Source of the DNA: an uncultured bacterium
GTDB taxonomy: Bacteria > Actinomycetota > Actinomycetes > S36-B12
DNA: 42,299 nucleotides
Reading direction: 5' to 3'
NCBI GenBank assembly: GCA_903934925.1
Contig: CAIZPS010000242.1
Span: 1 to 42,299, forward strand
Part shown: positions 41,406 through 42,299 of the stretch, piece by piece
Layout: the number at the start of each line of letters is the position of its first letter
Numbering within the stretch: position 1 is the stretch's first letter
The notes under the pieces: generated by a model
What the model saw: the letters and a program-made list of their open reading frames with translations, nothing else
Told to the model about the DNA's origin: nothing
Database searches by the model: none
Translations under genes and position numbers: made by a program

Positions 41406-42299
41406 ATGCGCATCAGCGAAGAAGTCCATCAGGCGATCAACGATGGTGCTCCCGTGGTAGCACTCGAATCAACGATCGTCGCCCACGGCATGCCGCGCCC
41501 TACCAACATCGAGACTGCGCTTGCCGTCGAGGAAGTCATCCGTGCACATGGGGCAGTACCCGCATGCGTGGGCTTGATCAGGGGCGAGATCGTCTGCGGA
41601 CTCACGCACGACGAACTCAGCTTCCTCGCCTACTCGGACGATGTCATCAAGGCTCAGGAGCGTGATCTGGCACGTGCCTGCGTCTCCGGGCGGAGCGGGG
41701 CGACGACCGTCGGCGCAACGCTCTTCGTGGCAAGTCGCTGCGGAATTCGGGTCCACGTGACAGGCGGGATCGGTGGCGTCGCCCCTGACTTCGGCGAGAC
41801 CCTCGATATCTCGGCGGACCTTCTCGCAATCGGGCGCTACCCCTGTATCACGGTGGCGTCGGGGACGAAGGCCTTCATGGATGTCAGGGCAACGCTGGAG
41901 TACTTGGAGACCATTGGAGTACCTGTTGCCACATGGGGTGCCGATACCTTTCCCTGGTTCTACAGCAGGGACAGCGGGGTCAAGGTGGAGTGGCGGGCAG
42001 ATGCGCCGGATGAGGTCGCCACGGCCTTCCAAGCCGATGTGTCGCTTCGAACTCACGCCGGAATGCTCTTGGGGGTGCCTCTTCCCGAAGCAGACGCCCT
42101 ACCGGAGCAGGAGACTCGGGCGGCGATCGATCAGGCTCTGGTCCTGGCGAATCAGCAGGGCGTCAGCGGAAAGCCCCTCACTCCCTTCCTACTGTCCGCC
42201 ATCTTTGACATCACAGGTGGGGCCAGCTTGGCCGCGAATGTCGCCCTGATCAAGAACAACGCTGCCGTGGGTGCCGAGGTCGCGAGATCCCTTCAGAGA
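41406..42299 (+). CDS. psuG: Pseudouridine-5'-phosphate glycosidase (PsuG/IndA) family protein, divergent; stop codon beyond the window edge
   Basis: Not in the ORF track; manual translation (298 codons, RBS GGAGG) gives MRISEEV...PVVALESTIVAHGMPRPTN...GATTV...TGGIGGV...DISADL...GTK...TLEYLET.GVPV...GKPLTPFLL...NNA. Confidence 0.93.
   Translation, partial: MRISEEVHQAINDGAPVVALESTIVAHGMPRPTNIETALAVEEVIRAHGAVPACVGLIRGEIVCGLTHDELSFLAYSDDVIKAQERDLARACVSGRSGATTVGATLFVASRCGIRVHVTGGIGGVAPDFGETLDISADLLAIGRYPCITVASGTKAFMDVRATLEYLETIGVPVATWGADTFPWFYSRDSGVKVEWRADAPDEVATAFQADVSLRTHAGMLLGVPLPEADALPEQETRAAIDQALVLANQQGVSGKPLTPFLLSAIFDITGGASLAANVALIKNNAAVGAEVARSLQR

Overview
High-GC actinobacterial genome segment; the lineage is inferred from gene order, the Actino-pnp leader and leaderless TANNNT promoters. 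(i) Positions 1-~505 look foreign: a partial NMT1/THI5-type ABC binding-protein gene of alphaproteobacterial style plus an NrdR box, abutting a sensor kinase that appears C-terminally cut. This is a likely chimeric junction or recombination breakpoint. (ii) 0.5-25.6 kb is the conserved housekeeping block: sensor kinase, azlCD, dapB, M16 peptidase, pnp, rpsO, ribF, truB, rbfA, infB, ylxR, nusA, rimP, ferritin-like pair, TSUP, HAD, proS, GNAT, ispG, RIP metalloprotease, dxr. (iii) 25.6-37.8 kb is a polyamine/GABA uptake and catabolism cluster: PucR regulator, gabT, FAD oxidoreductase, a Pot-type ABC transporter with two binding proteins, and aminobutyraldehyde dehydrogenase. It carries a shared upstream motif and an eroded saccharopine-dehydrogenase-like relic. 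(iv) From 38 kb to the end is an accessory module and the best candidate for an undescribed system: a cytochrome P450 lacking the acid-alcohol pair, an EamA transporter, a PfkB kinase and a divergent PsuG/IndA-family C-glycosidase. No rRNA, tRNA, CRISPR array or transposase was recognised.
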